From: Thermodesulfobacteriota bacterium
GTDB lineage: Bacteria > Desulfobacterota_D > UBA1144 > Nemesobacterales > UBA2774
Direction of reading: 5' to 3'
Length of the DNA: 64,000 bases
Assembly (NCBI GenBank): GCA_965216785.1
Contig: OZ244197.1
Span: 1 to 64,000, forward strand
Part shown: one piece after another, positions 20,373 to 33,027 of the stretch
Layout of the letters: each line of letters begins with the position of its first letter
How positions within the stretch are numbered: position 1 is the stretch's first letter
Program-made: the position numbers and the translations under genes
The notes under the pieces: generated by a model
What the model saw: only the letters and a program-made list of their open reading frames with translations
Database searches by the model: none
Told to the model about the DNA's origin: nothing

Positions 20373-21557
20373 TTATTCCGTAATTTTAGTAACAACACCA
20401 GCGCCAACGGTTCTTCCGCCTTCGCGGATAGCGAAGCGAAGCTGCTCTTCCATCGCCACAGGCGCTATAAGCTCTACATCCATGTTTATGTTATCCCCGG
20501 GCATTACCATCTCAACTCCCTCTGGAAGCACTATCGATCCCGTCACGTCCGTTGTCCTTAAGTAAAACTGCGGACGGTATCCAGGGAAAAACGGCGTATG
20601 CCTTCCACCCTCTTCTTTCTTAAGCACATAAACCTCTGCCTTAAACTTCGCATGAGGTGTAATGCTCCCGGGTTTTGACAGTACCTGCCCTCTTTCCACA
20701 TCGTCTTTTCCCGTACCCCTCAGAAGCACTCCTACGTTGTCCCCGGCTATCGCGTCGTCAAGTATCTTCCTGAACATCTCAAGGCTCGTGGCAACCGTCT
20801 TCTGCGTCTCCCCAAAACCTACTATCTCCACCTCGTCTCCGCCTACGATCTTCCCTCTCTCAACTCTTCCCGTTACAACCGTTCCCCTACCGGAGATAGT
20901 GAACACGTCCTCTATCGCCATCAAGAAAGGCTTGTCCATGTCCCTTACCGGCTCTGGAATGTAGCTGTCTACCGCGTTCATCAGCTCAAGTATCTGCTGC
21001 TCTGCGGCCGCGTCCTCTTCTAGAGCTTTAAGCGCGCTTACCCTTACTACAGGGATATCGTCCCCAGGGAAGCCGTACTGGCTAAGGAGGTCCCTTACCT
21101 CAAGCTCTACCAAATCTAGTAATTCTTCGTCGTCCATCATATCTACTTTATTAAGCGCTACAACTATATAAGGCACTCCAACCTGGCGTGCAAGAAGTAT
21201 GTGCTCACGTGTCTGTGGCATCGGGCCGTCAGGGGCGCTTACCACCAATATCGCGCCGTCCATCTGCGCAGCTCCGGTGATCATGTTCTTTACATAGTCC
21301 GCGTGACCGGGGCAGTCTACGTGCGCGTAGTGCCGGGTCTCTGTCTCGTACTCTACGTGGGCGATGTTTATTGTGATTCCGCGCTCTTTCTCTTCAGGGG
21401 CTTTGTCTATGTCCGCAAACTCCACGAACGCCGCCTGTCCGGCTTTCTCCAAAACCTTTGTTATCGCTGCCGTGAGCGTCGTCTTCCCGTGGTCTACGTG
21501 ACCTATCGTCCCTATGTTTAAGTGCGGCTTGCCCCGCTCAAATTTCTCTTTTGACAT
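20373..21557 (-). CDS. tuf: elongation factor Tu
   Basis: [37 protein letters not shown]; start at MSKEKF after AAGGAGG. Confidence 0.99.
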   Translation of the reverse strand: MSKEKFERGKPHLNIGTIGHVDHGKTTLTAAITKVLEKAGQAAFVEFADIDKAPEEKERGITINIAHVEYETETRHYAHVDCPGHADYVKNMITGAAQMDGAILVVSAPDGPMPQTREHILLARQVGVPYIVVALNKVDMMDDEELLDLVELEVRDLLSQYGFPGDDIPVVRVSALKALEEDAAAEQQILELMNAVDSYIPEPVRDMDKPFLMAIEDVFTISGRGTVVTGRVERGKIVGGDEVEIVGFGETQKTVATSLEMFRKILDDAIAGDNVGVLLRGTGKDDVERGQVLSKPGSITPHAKFKAEVYVLKKEEGGRHTPFFPGYRPQFYLRTTDVTGSIVLPEGVEMVMPGDNINMDVELIAPVAMEEQLRFAIREGGRTVGAGVVTKITE

Positions 21558-21593
21558 CGATTGCCTCCTTAGCAAAAGTACCGGCCGGTTTCA

Positions 21594-23681
<2,088 letters not shown>

Positions 23682-23703
23682 CTTAAAATCCCTCCGAAAA
23701 TTT

Positions 23704-24174
23704 TTACCACCTGTAATGAGCGAACGCCCTGTTCGCCTCTGCCATCCTATGCGTATCCTCTCTGCGCTTTATCGACCCGCCGCGCCCTTCTGCGGCGTCC
23801 AATATTTCGCCCGAAAGCTTCTCTTTCATCGACTTTCCGTCCCTTGCACGCGCTGCTGCCAACATCCACCTTATAGCAAGCGATTGCCTGCGGAAAGAAT
23901 TTACTTCCATCGGCACCTGGTAAGTCGCTCCACCAACCCTTCTCGGCCTCACTTCAACACCAGGCTTTACATTATCCATAGCGGCTAAAAAGACTTCTAA
24001 AGGGTCTTTCCCTGTTTTCTCAGCCACAATATCAAGCGATCCGTAGAAAATCTCCTCGGCCTTACTCTTCTTACCGTCATACATGAGGGAATTGATAAAT
24101 TTCGCAATCGTTATGTTCCCATATTTGGGGTCAAGAGATACTTTCCTTTTATTAACGGATCCTTTTCTTGGCAT
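23704..24174 (-). CDS. rpsG: 30S ribosomal protein S7
   Basis: [34 protein letters not shown]. Confidence 0.98.
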   Translation of the reverse strand: MPRKGSVNKRKVSLDPKYGNITIAKFINSLMYDGKKSKAEEIFYGSLDIVAEKTGKDPLEVFLAAMDNVKPGVEVRPRRVGGATYQVPMEVNSFRRQSLAIRWMLAAARARDGKSMKEKLSGEILDAAEGRGGSIKRREDTHRMAEANRAFAHYRW

Positions 24175-24208
24175 TTATATTTCCTTTTATTCCTTAGGTT
24201 CTTCTTCG

Positions 24209-24580
24209 CTATTTAGGCTTTTTGGCACCGTATTTAGAACGGCCCTGCCTTCTTTCGTCTACCCCGGTCGAATCCAAAGTGCCTCTTACGATGTGGTATC
24301 TAACTCCGGGAAGATCTTTTACCCTGCCCCCCCTTACCAATATAACAGAGTGCTCCTGGAGAGTATGACCTTCTCCCGGTATATAACCTGTGACCTCGAT
24401 ACCGTTTGTGAGCCTTATTCTAGCCACTTTTCTGAGCGCAGAATTAGGTTTCTTAGGTGTAGTTGTGTATACCCTGACACATACTCCTCTTTTCTGAGGA
24501 CAGTTCTGAAGCGCAGGGGCTTTACTCTTCTTTTTAGCTCTCTTTCTACCGTCTCTAACAAGCTGACTTATTGTAGGCAC
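24209..24580 (-). CDS. rpsL: 30S ribosomal protein S12
   Basis: [29 protein letters not shown]; GTG start. Confidence 0.98.
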   Translation of the reverse strand: MPTISQLVRDGRKRAKKKSKAPALQNCPQKRGVCVRVYTTTPKKPNSALRKVARIRLTNGIEVTGYIPGEGHTLQEHSVILVRGGRVKDLPGVRYHIVRGTLDSTGVDERRQGRSKYGAKKPK

Positions 24581-24614
24581 TAATACTATTCTCCGTAAAA
24601 AAGTTAATCCAATC

Positions 24615-24644
24615 AGTATATCCGGATTATTTACTACCTGTCAA
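24615..24644 (-). promoter_or_regulatory. sigma70-type promoter of the str/S10 ribosomal cluster
   Basis: minus strand TTGACA-N18-TATACT, about 35 nt upstream of rpsL. Confidence 0.7.
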
Positions 24645-24667
24645 GAAAATTCAGGTGATTATTATCG

Positions 24668-24982
24668 TTATTTAGATTTTTTTCTGAGATTCGTCTCAAA
24701 CCCCACAATCGTAAGGGGTGATTTATACCATCCGGGCTTCCAGCGTTTATCTCCGTATGCATCTAATTCATCCCCGTTTACCCTCATAAACACGTATACA
24801 AAACCGCTTTCGTCAACGAGAGGATCGCCCGTCTTAAGCTCAGGAAGTGCATCCAGCTCCGCGTCCCATCTGTCGGGATTTAGATCAAGGAGCTCAATAC
24901 ATCTGCCAAGCTCAAGCACTTGTGTGGGCTCTGAGCCTTCAAGTGATTCCGTATCTACATTTAAGTACCATACCTCTGCCAT
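24668..24982 (-). CDS. hypothetical protein
   Basis: 104-aa ORF (MAEVWYLN...) with GGAGGAG SD; fills the purD-rpsL gap; no family recognised. Confidence 0.7.
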   Translation of the reverse strand: MAEVWYLNVDTESLEGSEPTQVLELGRCIELLDLNPDRWDAELDALPELKTGDPLVDESGFVYVFMRVNGDELDAYGDKRWKPGWYKSPLTIVGFETNLRKKSK

Positions 24983-25036
24983 GATCTTTTCTCCTCCGGC
25001 TGCACCCGAACACCGGCACTTCATCTACTTAGCCTA

Positions 25037-26311
25037 TTATATATACTTTAGTGCTTTTTTTCCTATATCTTTTCTGTAGTAAAGCGTATCAGAGTCTATC
25101 TTACCGACAGCCTCATACGCAAGGTTGATTGCATCAGGAATAGTCTCCCCAAGCGCCGTAACACCTAGCACCCGTCCGCCGTCTGTGACTATTTTACCAT
25201 CTTCTTCCGCAGTACCCGCGTGAAACACCACGACATCGCCCAAAGCCTCGGCTTCATCTATACCCTCTATTTGAAGCCCCTTTTTATAGTCCCCCGGGTA
25301 ACCGCGGGACGACATCACCACGCACACACTAGCTTCGTCTCTCCACTCTATCTCCTCATCGGAGAGCCCTTTATCCGCAATAGCATACAGAATCGGCACA
25401 ATATCCGAGCGCATTCTCATAAGTAACGGCTGAGCCTCAGGGTCCCCGAATCTGCAGTTAAACTCGAGTACCTTAAAATCACTTCCTTCTATCATAAGCC
25501 CTGCATACAATATACCTTTGTACGGCCTGCCCTCGCGCGCAAGAGCCCTTACTGTAGGTACCATAACGCGCTCCATTACGATCTTTGAGAGCTCGGGCGT
25601 GATCACCGGTGCGGGAGAATAAGCACCCATCCCCCCTGTATTCGGCCCCTTATCTTCGTCTAATAGCGCTTTATGGTCCTGAGAAGATACGAGCGGAATC
25701 ACCTTTTCACCATCTGTAAAAGCAAAAAATGAGGCCTCCTCCCCTTGCAGAAACTCTTCAACCACAACGCTGTCTCCTGAGTCCCCGAAAATTTTCCTTT
25801 GCATTATATCATCTAGAACTTCAATTACTTCCTTTTCGCTCTGGCAGATTACCACACCTTTACCTGCGGCAAGACCGTCCGCTTTAACTACTAGAGGCGC
25901 TTTTACTTCCTTTACCCAGCTGACAGCGTCTTCATAGTTTGTAAACGTAGAATAAAACGCCGTCGGGATATTGTACTTTTTCATAAGGTTTTTTGAGTAA
26001 ACTTTACTGCTCTCAAGCTCTGCCGCCGCTTGTGTGGGGCCGAAAATGTTTAGATTCTCTTCGTTAAATCGGTCGACAATTCCAAGCGCCAGCGGCTGCT
26101 CGGGTCCAACGACAGTCAGGTCAATTTCCTCTGCCCTTGCGAACCTTAGCAGTCCCTCAATGTCCGACACCTTAATATCCACACACTTGGCGTACTTTCG
26201 TATTCCCGGGTTTCCGGGCGCGCAGTAAAGTGATGTAACGAGCGGGCTCTTGCTTATCTTCCAGCAAAACGCGTGCTCGCGTCCGCCGCTTCCGACAACC
26301 AGTACTTTCAT
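25037..26311 (-). CDS. purD: phosphoribosylamine--glycine ligase
   Basis: GSGGREHA, VVGPE.PL, KADGLAAGKGV, GPNTGGMG, EFNCRFGDPE, GGRVL. Confidence 0.98.
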   Translation of the reverse strand: MKVLVVGSGGREHAFCWKISKSPLVTSLYCAPGNPGIRKYAKCVDIKVSDIEGLLRFARAEEIDLTVVGPEQPLALGIVDRFNEENLNIFGPTQAAAELESSKVYSKNLMKKYNIPTAFYSTFTNYEDAVSWVKEVKAPLVVKADGLAAGKGVVICQSEKEVIEVLDDIMQRKIFGDSGDSVVVEEFLQGEEASFFAFTDGEKVIPLVSSQDHKALLDEDKGPNTGGMGAYSPAPVITPELSKIVMERVMVPTVRALAREGRPYKGILYAGLMIEGSDFKVLEFNCRFGDPEAQPLLMRMRSDIVPILYAIADKGLSDEEIEWRDEASVCVVMSSRGYPGDYKKGLQIEGIDEAEALGDVVVFHAGTAEEDGKIVTDGGRVLGVTALGETIPDAINLAYEAVGKIDSDTLYYRKDIGKKALKYI

Positions 26312-26453
26312 AAAGTCATAACCTTCTTCTAATATTGTATGAAAATCTAAAGAGAGCGTTAATGTACCAGATTCTAACTATTTTAAAAGACCACAGAGAA
26401 GAGTTCTTGATATAACAAAAATATCCCGGGTATCGGCAAGCTTTAAGATTTGC

Positions 26454-28286
26454 TTATTCCACAGTAACTACCTTTGCTAGATTACGTGGCTGGTCGACAT
26501 CCGTACCTTTATACGTGGCTATATAATAGGCCAGCAACTGGAGAGGCACTACCGATAGAATGGGGCTAAGGAGATAGCCGCACTCGGGAATTTCTATTAC
26601 GTTATCTACTTTCCCCTGGAGCTCCTGGGTGAGTATGTCGGAAGTCAAAAATATGACTTTACCCTTACGCGCCCTCACTTCCTGAAGGTTCCCAAGGATC
26701 TTCTTATAGGTAATACCGTCTCTGGGTGCTATAAGAACAACAGGCATTTCCTCATCAATAAGCGCTATCGGACCGTGCTTCATTTCGCCCGCCGCATAAC
26801 CTTCCGCATGAATGTATGAGATCTCTTTAAGCTTAAGAGCACCCTCAAAGGCAATGGGGTGATTGATGCCTCTTCCGAGGTAGAGGAAATTTTTGTACTG
26901 AAAATACTCCTTGGCAAGCCCCTCCATATCTTTATCAAGCTTAAGGGTCTGCTGGATCAGGCTCGGTATCTTAACTACGTCCCTTATAAGCTCGACCGCA
27001 TGTTTTTTATTGAGCTTCTTTTTGACTCTGCCCAAATATAACGCGAACAGATAAAACACTATTAGCTGCGTGGTAAAAGCCTTTGTGGAGGCAACGCCAA
27101 TCTCGGGTCCGGCGTGCGTATAGATAACAGCGTCTGAGTCCCGTGCGATCTTGCTCATCAGGACATTAGTAACAGCAAGCGTTTTAGCCCCGTTAGTCTT
27201 TGCTTCATTCAGGGCTTCCGAAGTATCGGCTGTTTCGCCCGACTGAGAGACTCCGATGACAAGAGTGTTTTTATCTATAATCGGCTTTCTGTAGCGGTAC
27301 TCAGAGGCTATATCCACTTCCACAGGCACCTTAGCGACTTTCTCAATCATATATTTACCGATTAGACACGCGTGGTAAGAGGTACCGCACGCAAGCGCAA
27401 CTATTCTGTTTATATTTTTAAAATGTGCTTGGTCGAGCCCCTCAAGATATATATCGCCGGATTCCTCAGAGAACCTCCCTCGAATCGTATCAAGCACTGC
27501 ATGGGGCTGTTCGTGGATTTCCTTAATCATAAAATGCCGGTAACCGGCTTTCTCAACGGAAACGGGATCCCAGTCTACTTTTTTTATGCTCCTCTTTACC
27601 TTGTTTCCGTTGGAGTCGGTTATGGAAACACGCTTTCTTTCAAGCACGGCAATATCACCGTCTTCAAGATAAATCACGTTTCTGCAAAACGGCAAAATGG
27701 CCGGCACGTCCGAGGCCAGGTAATTCCCGTCATCTCCGATTGCTACAATAAGAGGTGAGAACTTCCTAGTTGCTATTACTTTCTCCGGGTCTCTGTCGGA
27801 TATAACCGCAGCCGCGTAAGAGCCTTCGACTTTATTGAACGCGGCCCTCACAGCATCTTCAAAATCCATACCGCTGTTTGAAAAGTCTTCGATCAGATGG
27901 GCAAGTACCTCGGTATCGGTATCCGAGCTAAATGTAAATCCCTTTTTTTTAAGCTCGTTCTTTAGCTCTGTGTAGTTTTCTATAATTCCGTTATGTACTA
28001 CGGAAGTTCCGCTGGAAGATTGGGGATGGGCGTTTTTTTCTGTCGCCCCACCGTGCGTTGCCCAGCGTGTATGGCCTATACCCAAAGAACCCTTTGGCGA
28101 ATTTTTATCCACCTTTTTTTTCAGCTTCGCTAGCTTGCCCGTGCTTTTAATAACGGACGGACGCCCTTTCTGCATCACGGCAATGCCGGAGGAATCATAA
28201 CCCCTGTATTCAAGACGCTCGAGACCTTCGAGCAAGACAGAAACGGTTTTTTCACGCTCCCCTACGTAACCCACTATTCCGCACAT
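26454..28286 (-). CDS. glmS: glucosamine--fructose-6-phosphate aminotransferase
   Basis: MCGIVG, GHTRWATHG, HNGIIEN, SQSGETAD, LKLKEISYIHAEG, DQPRNLAK.VTVE. Confidence 0.98.
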   Translation of the reverse strand: MCGIVGYVGEREKTVSVLLEGLERLEYRGYDSSGIAVMQKGRPSVIKSTGKLAKLKKKVDKNSPKGSLGIGHTRWATHGGATEKNAHPQSSSGTSVVHNGIIENYTELKNELKKKGFTFSSDTDTEVLAHLIEDFSNSGMDFEDAVRAAFNKVEGSYAAAVISDRDPEKVIATRKFSPLIVAIGDDGNYLASDVPAILPFCRNVIYLEDGDIAVLERKRVSITDSNGNKVKRSIKKVDWDPVSVEKAGYRHFMIKEIHEQPHAVLDTIRGRFSEESGDIYLEGLDQAHFKNINRIVALACGTSYHACLIGKYMIEKVAKVPVEVDIASEYRYRKPIIDKNTLVIGVSQSGETADTSEALNEAKTNGAKTLAVTNVLMSKIARDSDAVIYTHAGPEIGVASTKAFTTQLIVFYLFALYLGRVKKKLNKKHAVELIRDVVKIPSLIQQTLKLDKDMEGLAKEYFQYKNFLYLGRGINHPIAFEGALKLKEISYIHAEGYAAGEMKHGPIALIDEEMPVVLIAPRDGITYKKILGNLQEVRARKGKVIFLTSDILTQELQGKVDNVIEIPECGYLLSPILSVVPLQLLAYYIATYKGTDVDQPRNLAKVVTVE

Positions 28287-29750
28287 TTATTTCTTTCCTC
28301 TCGCGCTAGTAGCACCGGTTTTTTTATTTTTGGTAGAAGATTTTTGTTTGCCCCTTACCGTACTCTTCTTTTTAGAGGCCTTCTCTCTTTTCTTTTTTTC
28401 CCAGTCTTCAATGACAGTTTGTCTCGCTCTGCCGATTGCGAGAGCGCCCTCGGGTACGTCCTGGGTAATCGTCGAGCCCGCTCCGGTTACAGCGCCCTTG
28501 CCTACTTTAACGGGCGCTACAAGCATTGTGTCGCTCCCGATGAAGACACCGTCCGAGATCTCGGTTTTATGCTTATTAATCCCGTCGTAGTTGCAGGTAA
28601 TAGTGCCAGCTCCAATATTCACTTCTTTCCCAAGCGTAGCGTCCCCTACGTAGGATAGGTGCGACACTTTTGAGCCCTGACCGACAGTGGACTTTTTAAT
28701 CTCTACAAAATTCCCTATCTTGGCGCCTTTCAGGATTCGGGCCTCAGGGCGCAGGTGAGCGAACGGGCCCACACTGACCCCCTCACCTATCGATGCCCCG
28801 GTTATGTAGCATGAGGACTTCACAGTAACACCGTTTCCAATGACTGAATATTCAATCCATACATGGGGACCGATAATAGATTCGCTGCCGATTTTGGTTT
28901 TTCCGTAAATATGAGTGCCGGGATAAATAACGGTATCTCGTCCAATGACCACCTCAGGAGAGATGTAGGTCGAGCCAGGCTCTATTAGCGTTACGCCCGA
29001 GTTCATTATCCTTTCGTTAACCCTCTCTCTCATTATAGACTCTATTTGAGAGAGCTCTAATCTATCGTTTATTCCCAAGACCTCAGTTGAGTCAGAGACC
29101 CTAACCGCCGAGACCCCGAGATTACGTTTACGAGCGATTTCAATTATGTCCGTAAGATAATATTCCTTCTGTTTGTTCTCAGGTTTAATGCCTCTTAATA
29201 GCGGCCATAAAACATCGCTACTGACTATATATGTTCCGGAATTGATCTCTTTTATTTTTCTTTGCTCTGCCGTGGCGTCTTTTTCTTCTACAATACGCTC
29301 GAGTTCACGGGCCTTGTTTATAACTACTCGACCGTATCCCTTCGGGTCGTCCACAGTTGCCGTGAGAACGGAAATTTTAGAGCCGCTTTTTTCATGAGCG
29401 CCCAGAAATCTTTTAAGAGACTTTGAAGTAATAAGCGGGAAATCGCCGTTTAATATCAGAACATTGCCCCTGAATTTTGAAAGCTCGTTGCGGGCGCAGG
29501 CCGCCGCATGGCCAGTGCCGAGCCGCTGCTTTTGATGGGCGTATTTTATGCCATCCGATCCAAACTCGTCTTTTACTTCCTTAGCCCCGTATCCTACCAC
29601 CATAACTGTTTGCGCCGGTGCGAGTGCACTCACGGCATCCAGTACGTATCTCAGAATCGGACGGCCCAGCACGGGGTGGAGCACCTTAGGCTTTGAGGAT
29701 TTCATCCTCTTTCCAAAACCTGCCGCAAGCACTACGACTGCAAGCTTCAT
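28287..29750 (-). CDS. glmU: bifunctional UDP-GlcNAc pyrophosphorylase/glucosamine-1-P acetyltransferase
   Basis: LAAG.G.RMKS..PKVLH, EYYLTD, GNFVE.K, HLSY.GDA, GAGTITCNYDG; Lys-rich tail. Confidence 0.97.
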   Translation of the reverse strand: MKLAVVVLAAGFGKRMKSSKPKVLHPVLGRPILRYVLDAVSALAPAQTVMVVGYGAKEVKDEFGSDGIKYAHQKQRLGTGHAAACARNELSKFRGNVLILNGDFPLITSKSLKRFLGAHEKSGSKISVLTATVDDPKGYGRVVINKARELERIVEEKDATAEQRKIKEINSGTYIVSSDVLWPLLRGIKPENKQKEYYLTDIIEIARKRNLGVSAVRVSDSTEVLGINDRLELSQIESIMRERVNERIMNSGVTLIEPGSTYISPEVVIGRDTVIYPGTHIYGKTKIGSESIIGPHVWIEYSVIGNGVTVKSSCYITGASIGEGVSVGPFAHLRPEARILKGAKIGNFVEIKKSTVGQGSKVSHLSYVGDATLGKEVNIGAGTITCNYDGINKHKTEISDGVFIGSDTMLVAPVKVGKGAVTGAGSTITQDVPEGALAIGRARQTVIEDWEKKKREKASKKKSTVRGKQKSSTKNKKTGATSARGKK

Positions 29751-29755
29751 ATTAT

Positions 29756-30118
29756 TTACTCTACCCTCCCGTATCTGTCCTCAAGCCTTACCACATCGTC
29801 AACTTCGGGCGTCGAAGCCTCTAGCACATCACAATCGGAAATTGCCGTGAAGCGGTGTTTTGTGTAGGGCTTTATTCTAATAGACTCCCCGGGCTCCATA
29901 TTAAATTCCTTTTTATCCTCACCTTCTATTTCAATCTCAATGAACATCTTACCACTGAGTAAATATATGGTTTCGTCCTTTTGTACATGATACTGGTAGC
30001 TTAGGCACTCTCCCTTGTTTACGTGCAGTATCTTGCCCACGTATTTATCCGTGTAAGCCCACCAAATCTCATATCCCCAAGGCTTTTCAACTCTTTTTAT
30101 ATTGTCTGTATAAGTCAA
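29756..30118 (-). CDS. cupin domain protein (mannose-6-P isomerase type II C-terminal-like)
   Basis: VEKPWG.E, LS.QYH..K.ET, HR, STPE.DDVVRLEDRYGR. Confidence 0.85.
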   Translation of the reverse strand: MTYTDNIKRVEKPWGYEIWWAYTDKYVGKILHVNKGECLSYQYHVQKDETIYLLSGKMFIEIEIEGEDKKEFNMEPGESIRIKPYTKHRFTAISDCDVLEASTPEVDDVVRLEDRYGRVE

Positions 30119-30195
30119 TTTTTCTCCAGATAGAATGAATTAAAATGAGTTGACCGTACCGGTGGGTCTATGAATATATTTACTAAAGGATAACA

Positions 30196-30627
30196 CTAAA
30201 AAGGTATGTCGTCGTCGGTTTTAAAAGAATCATCGTCAATTTCAAAGTCGCCTTCGGAGCTCGAGCTGTCTCTGGACGGCGATTCCGATCTGCTTCCCGC
30301 AGAGCTCAGCATCTCCATACTTCTTGCAACGACTTCGGTAGTCCATCTGGTATTCCCTTCTTTATCTTCCCAGGATCTGGTCCGGAGCTGACCCTCGATA
30401 TAGACCATCCGCCCCTTAGTCAGGTACTCACCGCATATCTCGGCCAGCCTGCCCCATGCGACTATTCTATGCCATTCGGTGTTTTCCTGTTTTTCCCCGT
30501 CCTTGTTCGTATAGCTGTCGGAAGTAGCGATCGTAAAGTTCGCAACCGCCTGCCCCCCGGTTGTATATCTGATCTCCGGATCCTTGCCCAGATTACCTAT
30601 TAAAATTACTTTGTTTACGCCTCTCAT
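30196..30627 (-). CDS. ssb: single-stranded DNA-binding protein
   Basis: [27 protein letters not shown]-terminal DDDIPF. Confidence 0.97.
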   Translation of the reverse strand: MRGVNKVILIGNLGKDPEIRYTTGGQAVANFTIATSDSYTNKDGEKQENTEWHRIVAWGRLAEICGEYLTKGRMVYIEGQLRTRSWEDKEGNTRWTTEVVARSMEMLSSAGSRSESPSRDSSSSEGDFEIDDDSFKTDDDIPF

Positions 30628-30695
30628 TGATATTCCCCCGGTCTAATTTGGCTACTGCAGAAATTCTATCATCTGAGCACATTAAAATCCAGAAA

Positions 30696-31289
30696 TCAGA
30701 AAATATGTCTTGTAAGCGAAATAAACTGACGTAGGATTCTTCCCGTCATGCCCCAGATAATATATTGTTCATAAACGTATGCATAGTCTTCCCTGGGTAT
30801 TCCATCCCTTTCTCTTAGCCTGAGCTTAAAGTTCTTCTCATCCATAAGGTGCGTTACCGGCACCCATAGGACCTGTTCAACCTCTCGCGCGCAGGGAGTG
30901 AATGAAACCTCCTCATTAAGTACGGATAGATAGGGAGTTACAATATAAGTCCTCGCGCGGGGGTTATTGGGATTTACATCATCGAGTTCGCCGAGAACTC
31001 GTCCGCTTTGAACAATATCGACCCCAATCTCCTCACGTGTTTCACGCACAGCGGTCTCGAGCTTGTCCGTATCCTCACCCTTCATCTTGCCGCCCGGAAA
31101 CGCAACATGTCCCGAGAACGGGTCGCTGTCGCTATCGGGTCTCTTTATAAAGAGCATGGAAGTCCCGGCAGGCTCTTCCTGTAATATCATCATCACGGCA
31201 GCGTGAACGAAGTCCCCTTCAATCGTTAGTTTATGGGGATCTCTTGCTGCCAGGAGTTTTTGTAATTTTTCGCTAGTTCCCTGAGACAT
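30696..31289 (-). CDS. Nudix hydrolase, CoA pyrophosphatase (NudL/PCD1) family
   Basis: SGHVAFPGGK...A.RETREEIG Nudix box and IWGMT..IL. Confidence 0.87.
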   Translation of the reverse strand: MSQGTSEKLQKLLAARDPHKLTIEGDFVHAAVMMILQEEPAGTSMLFIKRPDSDSDPFSGHVAFPGGKMKGEDTDKLETAVRETREEIGVDIVQSGRVLGELDDVNPNNPRARTYIVTPYLSVLNEEVSFTPCAREVEQVLWVPVTHLMDEKNFKLRLRERDGIPREDYAYVYEQYIIWGMTGRILRQFISLTRHIF

Positions 31290-31329
31290 TTTATTTCAGC
31301 TGCTATAGCTGGTTTTAAGCAGAGTATTA

Positions 31330-31860
31330 TTATTTGTTTATCAACTTCTTTTCAAAAGCATCTTTGAAAATCCGATAAGCACTGTCGTCAAAAAGTACAA
31401 AGTAGATTTTCTCGAGCGATACTCCCTCATTATTAATATACCAAGAAGTTATATCTATCATAATCTCCGCACATTGTTCGAGCTGGAATCCCCCGACTCC
31501 TGTCCCTATAGCGGGGAAGGCAATAGTTTTAACATTGTTCTCCAGAGCCCTGAGAAGTGCGTTTCTTGTCGCGCTCTCAAGCGACTCCCTACTGACCAGA
31601 GCTCCCGGGTGCATGGCTGCAGCATGTATAACGTATTTGGCCGCAAGGTTTCCGGCTCCGGTGACAGCCGCCTCTCCGAGCTCAATAGGTCCGATCTCGT
31701 CACATTCAGTCTGAATGGACGCTCCTCCGTTTTTTCTAATGGCTCCGGCCACGCCGCTTCCTAAGATAAGCTCGGTATTAGCGGCGTTCACTATAGCTTC
31801 GGCGGGGCACTTCGTTATGTCGCCCTTTAAAACTTCGATTTTATCCACTAAACTGATCAT
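31330..31860 (-). CDS. macrodomain protein (MacroD/YmdB/Af1521-like)
   Basis: GDIT, AIVNAAN..L..G.GVAGAI, VIHA, FPAIGTGV.G; start set at ATG 31860. Confidence 0.9.
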   Translation of the reverse strand: MISLVDKIEVLKGDITKCPAEAIVNAANTELILGSGVAGAIRKNGGASIQTECDEIGPIELGEAAVTGAGNLAAKYVIHAAAMHPGALVSRESLESATRNALLRALENNVKTIAFPAIGTGVGGFQLEQCAEIMIDITSWYINNEGVSLEKIYFVLFDDSAYRIFKDAFEKKLINK

Positions 31861-31967
31861 AATTTTACTCACATGATATCGGGCAAAAAGTAGCAAGTTG
31901 CGCACTTGACAAACAGCGCAGTAAAACTACTAATTTAATCTATAACTCCACAATCTACAACGACACT

Positions 31968-32873
31968 ATGGACACTAGATATTACATTTTAGAGGCTCTT
32001 TACAAGCTCTTCCCATTTAAGCTCACAGGCGATGCGGAGCTTGGTCCAGAAGATTGCTCAGTAACAGCTTCGTGCGTAATCAATTTTTACGGCAGGGCCT
32101 ATTTACTCAGAAATATTCTTACATGCCTTAGCCAGCAGAGATTTGCAAAAGAGAGCTTCGAGGTGATTTTAGCCGAGGACAGGGGCGGCACAGAAGAAGG
32201 GAAACAGATAGTCCGGGAGTTTGAGAAAGAACTGAATATAAAATACTTTACTCTCAACGAGAATTTCGGCGTAATGGGCTACGCAAGAAACTTTGCCCTT
32301 TCAAAAACCACGGGAAATTACGTGCTGTTTTTGGACGATGATACCGTGATTTTAGAGCGCGATTTCCTGAAAGTGCTAGTAAGAGAATTTGAGGAAACCG
32401 CAGCAGACGCCGTAATGCCATACGGCAGCGCGAGCTTTTCAGTAATTAAAGACAAATACGATTACCATGACCCCTACTTTCCGACCAACAGGTGTATGGC
32501 ATACAGACGTGAAGCGCTCAAAGAGCTTTCAGGATTCGTATCTGAAATCATTGGTCAGGAAGACGTGGAATTTACCGTTAGACTAATTGCATCTCAGAAA
32601 AAGATCTATCGCTCAAATATGCTTTCATACATGCACCCGCCTCTTATTTACAAGGATACGAATAAAGCCGCGGCAGTCGGCTACTCGTTTACCAGACTGA
32701 GGAGCAGATATCCCCTTATTATCTGGCTATTACTTCTGTTAAACGGGCTTAGATACCTTCCGCTTTATCTTCTTCCCTTCAGCACCAAATACAGAATGCA
32801 GGCTAAATTCAGCCTCGGCTTCGCAAAAGGAATCTGGTATTCGATAACAGGCAGAAAAATCGAGTACAGTTAA
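31968..32873 (+). CDS. glycosyltransferase family 2
   Basis: FEVIL.ED.GG, ARN.AL....G.YVLFLDDD, G.ED.EF..R. Confidence 0.85.
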   Translation: MDTRYYILEALYKLFPFKLTGDAELGPEDCSVTASCVINFYGRAYLLRNILTCLSQQRFAKESFEVILAEDRGGTEEGKQIVREFEKELNIKYFTLNENFGVMGYARNFALSKTTGNYVLFLDDDTVILERDFLKVLVREFEETAADAVMPYGSASFSVIKDKYDYHDPYFPTNRCMAYRREALKELSGFVSEIIGQEDVEFTVRLIASQKKIYRSNMLSYMHPPLIYKDTNKAAAVGYSFTRLRSRYPLIIWLLLLLNGLRYLPLYLLPFSTKYRMQAKFSLGFAKGIWYSITGRKIEYS

Positions 32874-33027
32874 GGTTCTAATATATAGCAAGCTCTGTTA
32901 ATCTATAATTTAATCTATTACATGTCTGAACACATACTAGGTGTTAAACTATTTACATTAATTAAATCGAGAACAGCATTGTATCCAAACTTTACATAAT
33001 TGGCTTAATAGAGTTAGGTAAGCACAA

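Noticed and set aside
28280-28290. glmS ribozyme
   Set aside because: glmS directly abuts glmU, leaving no leader
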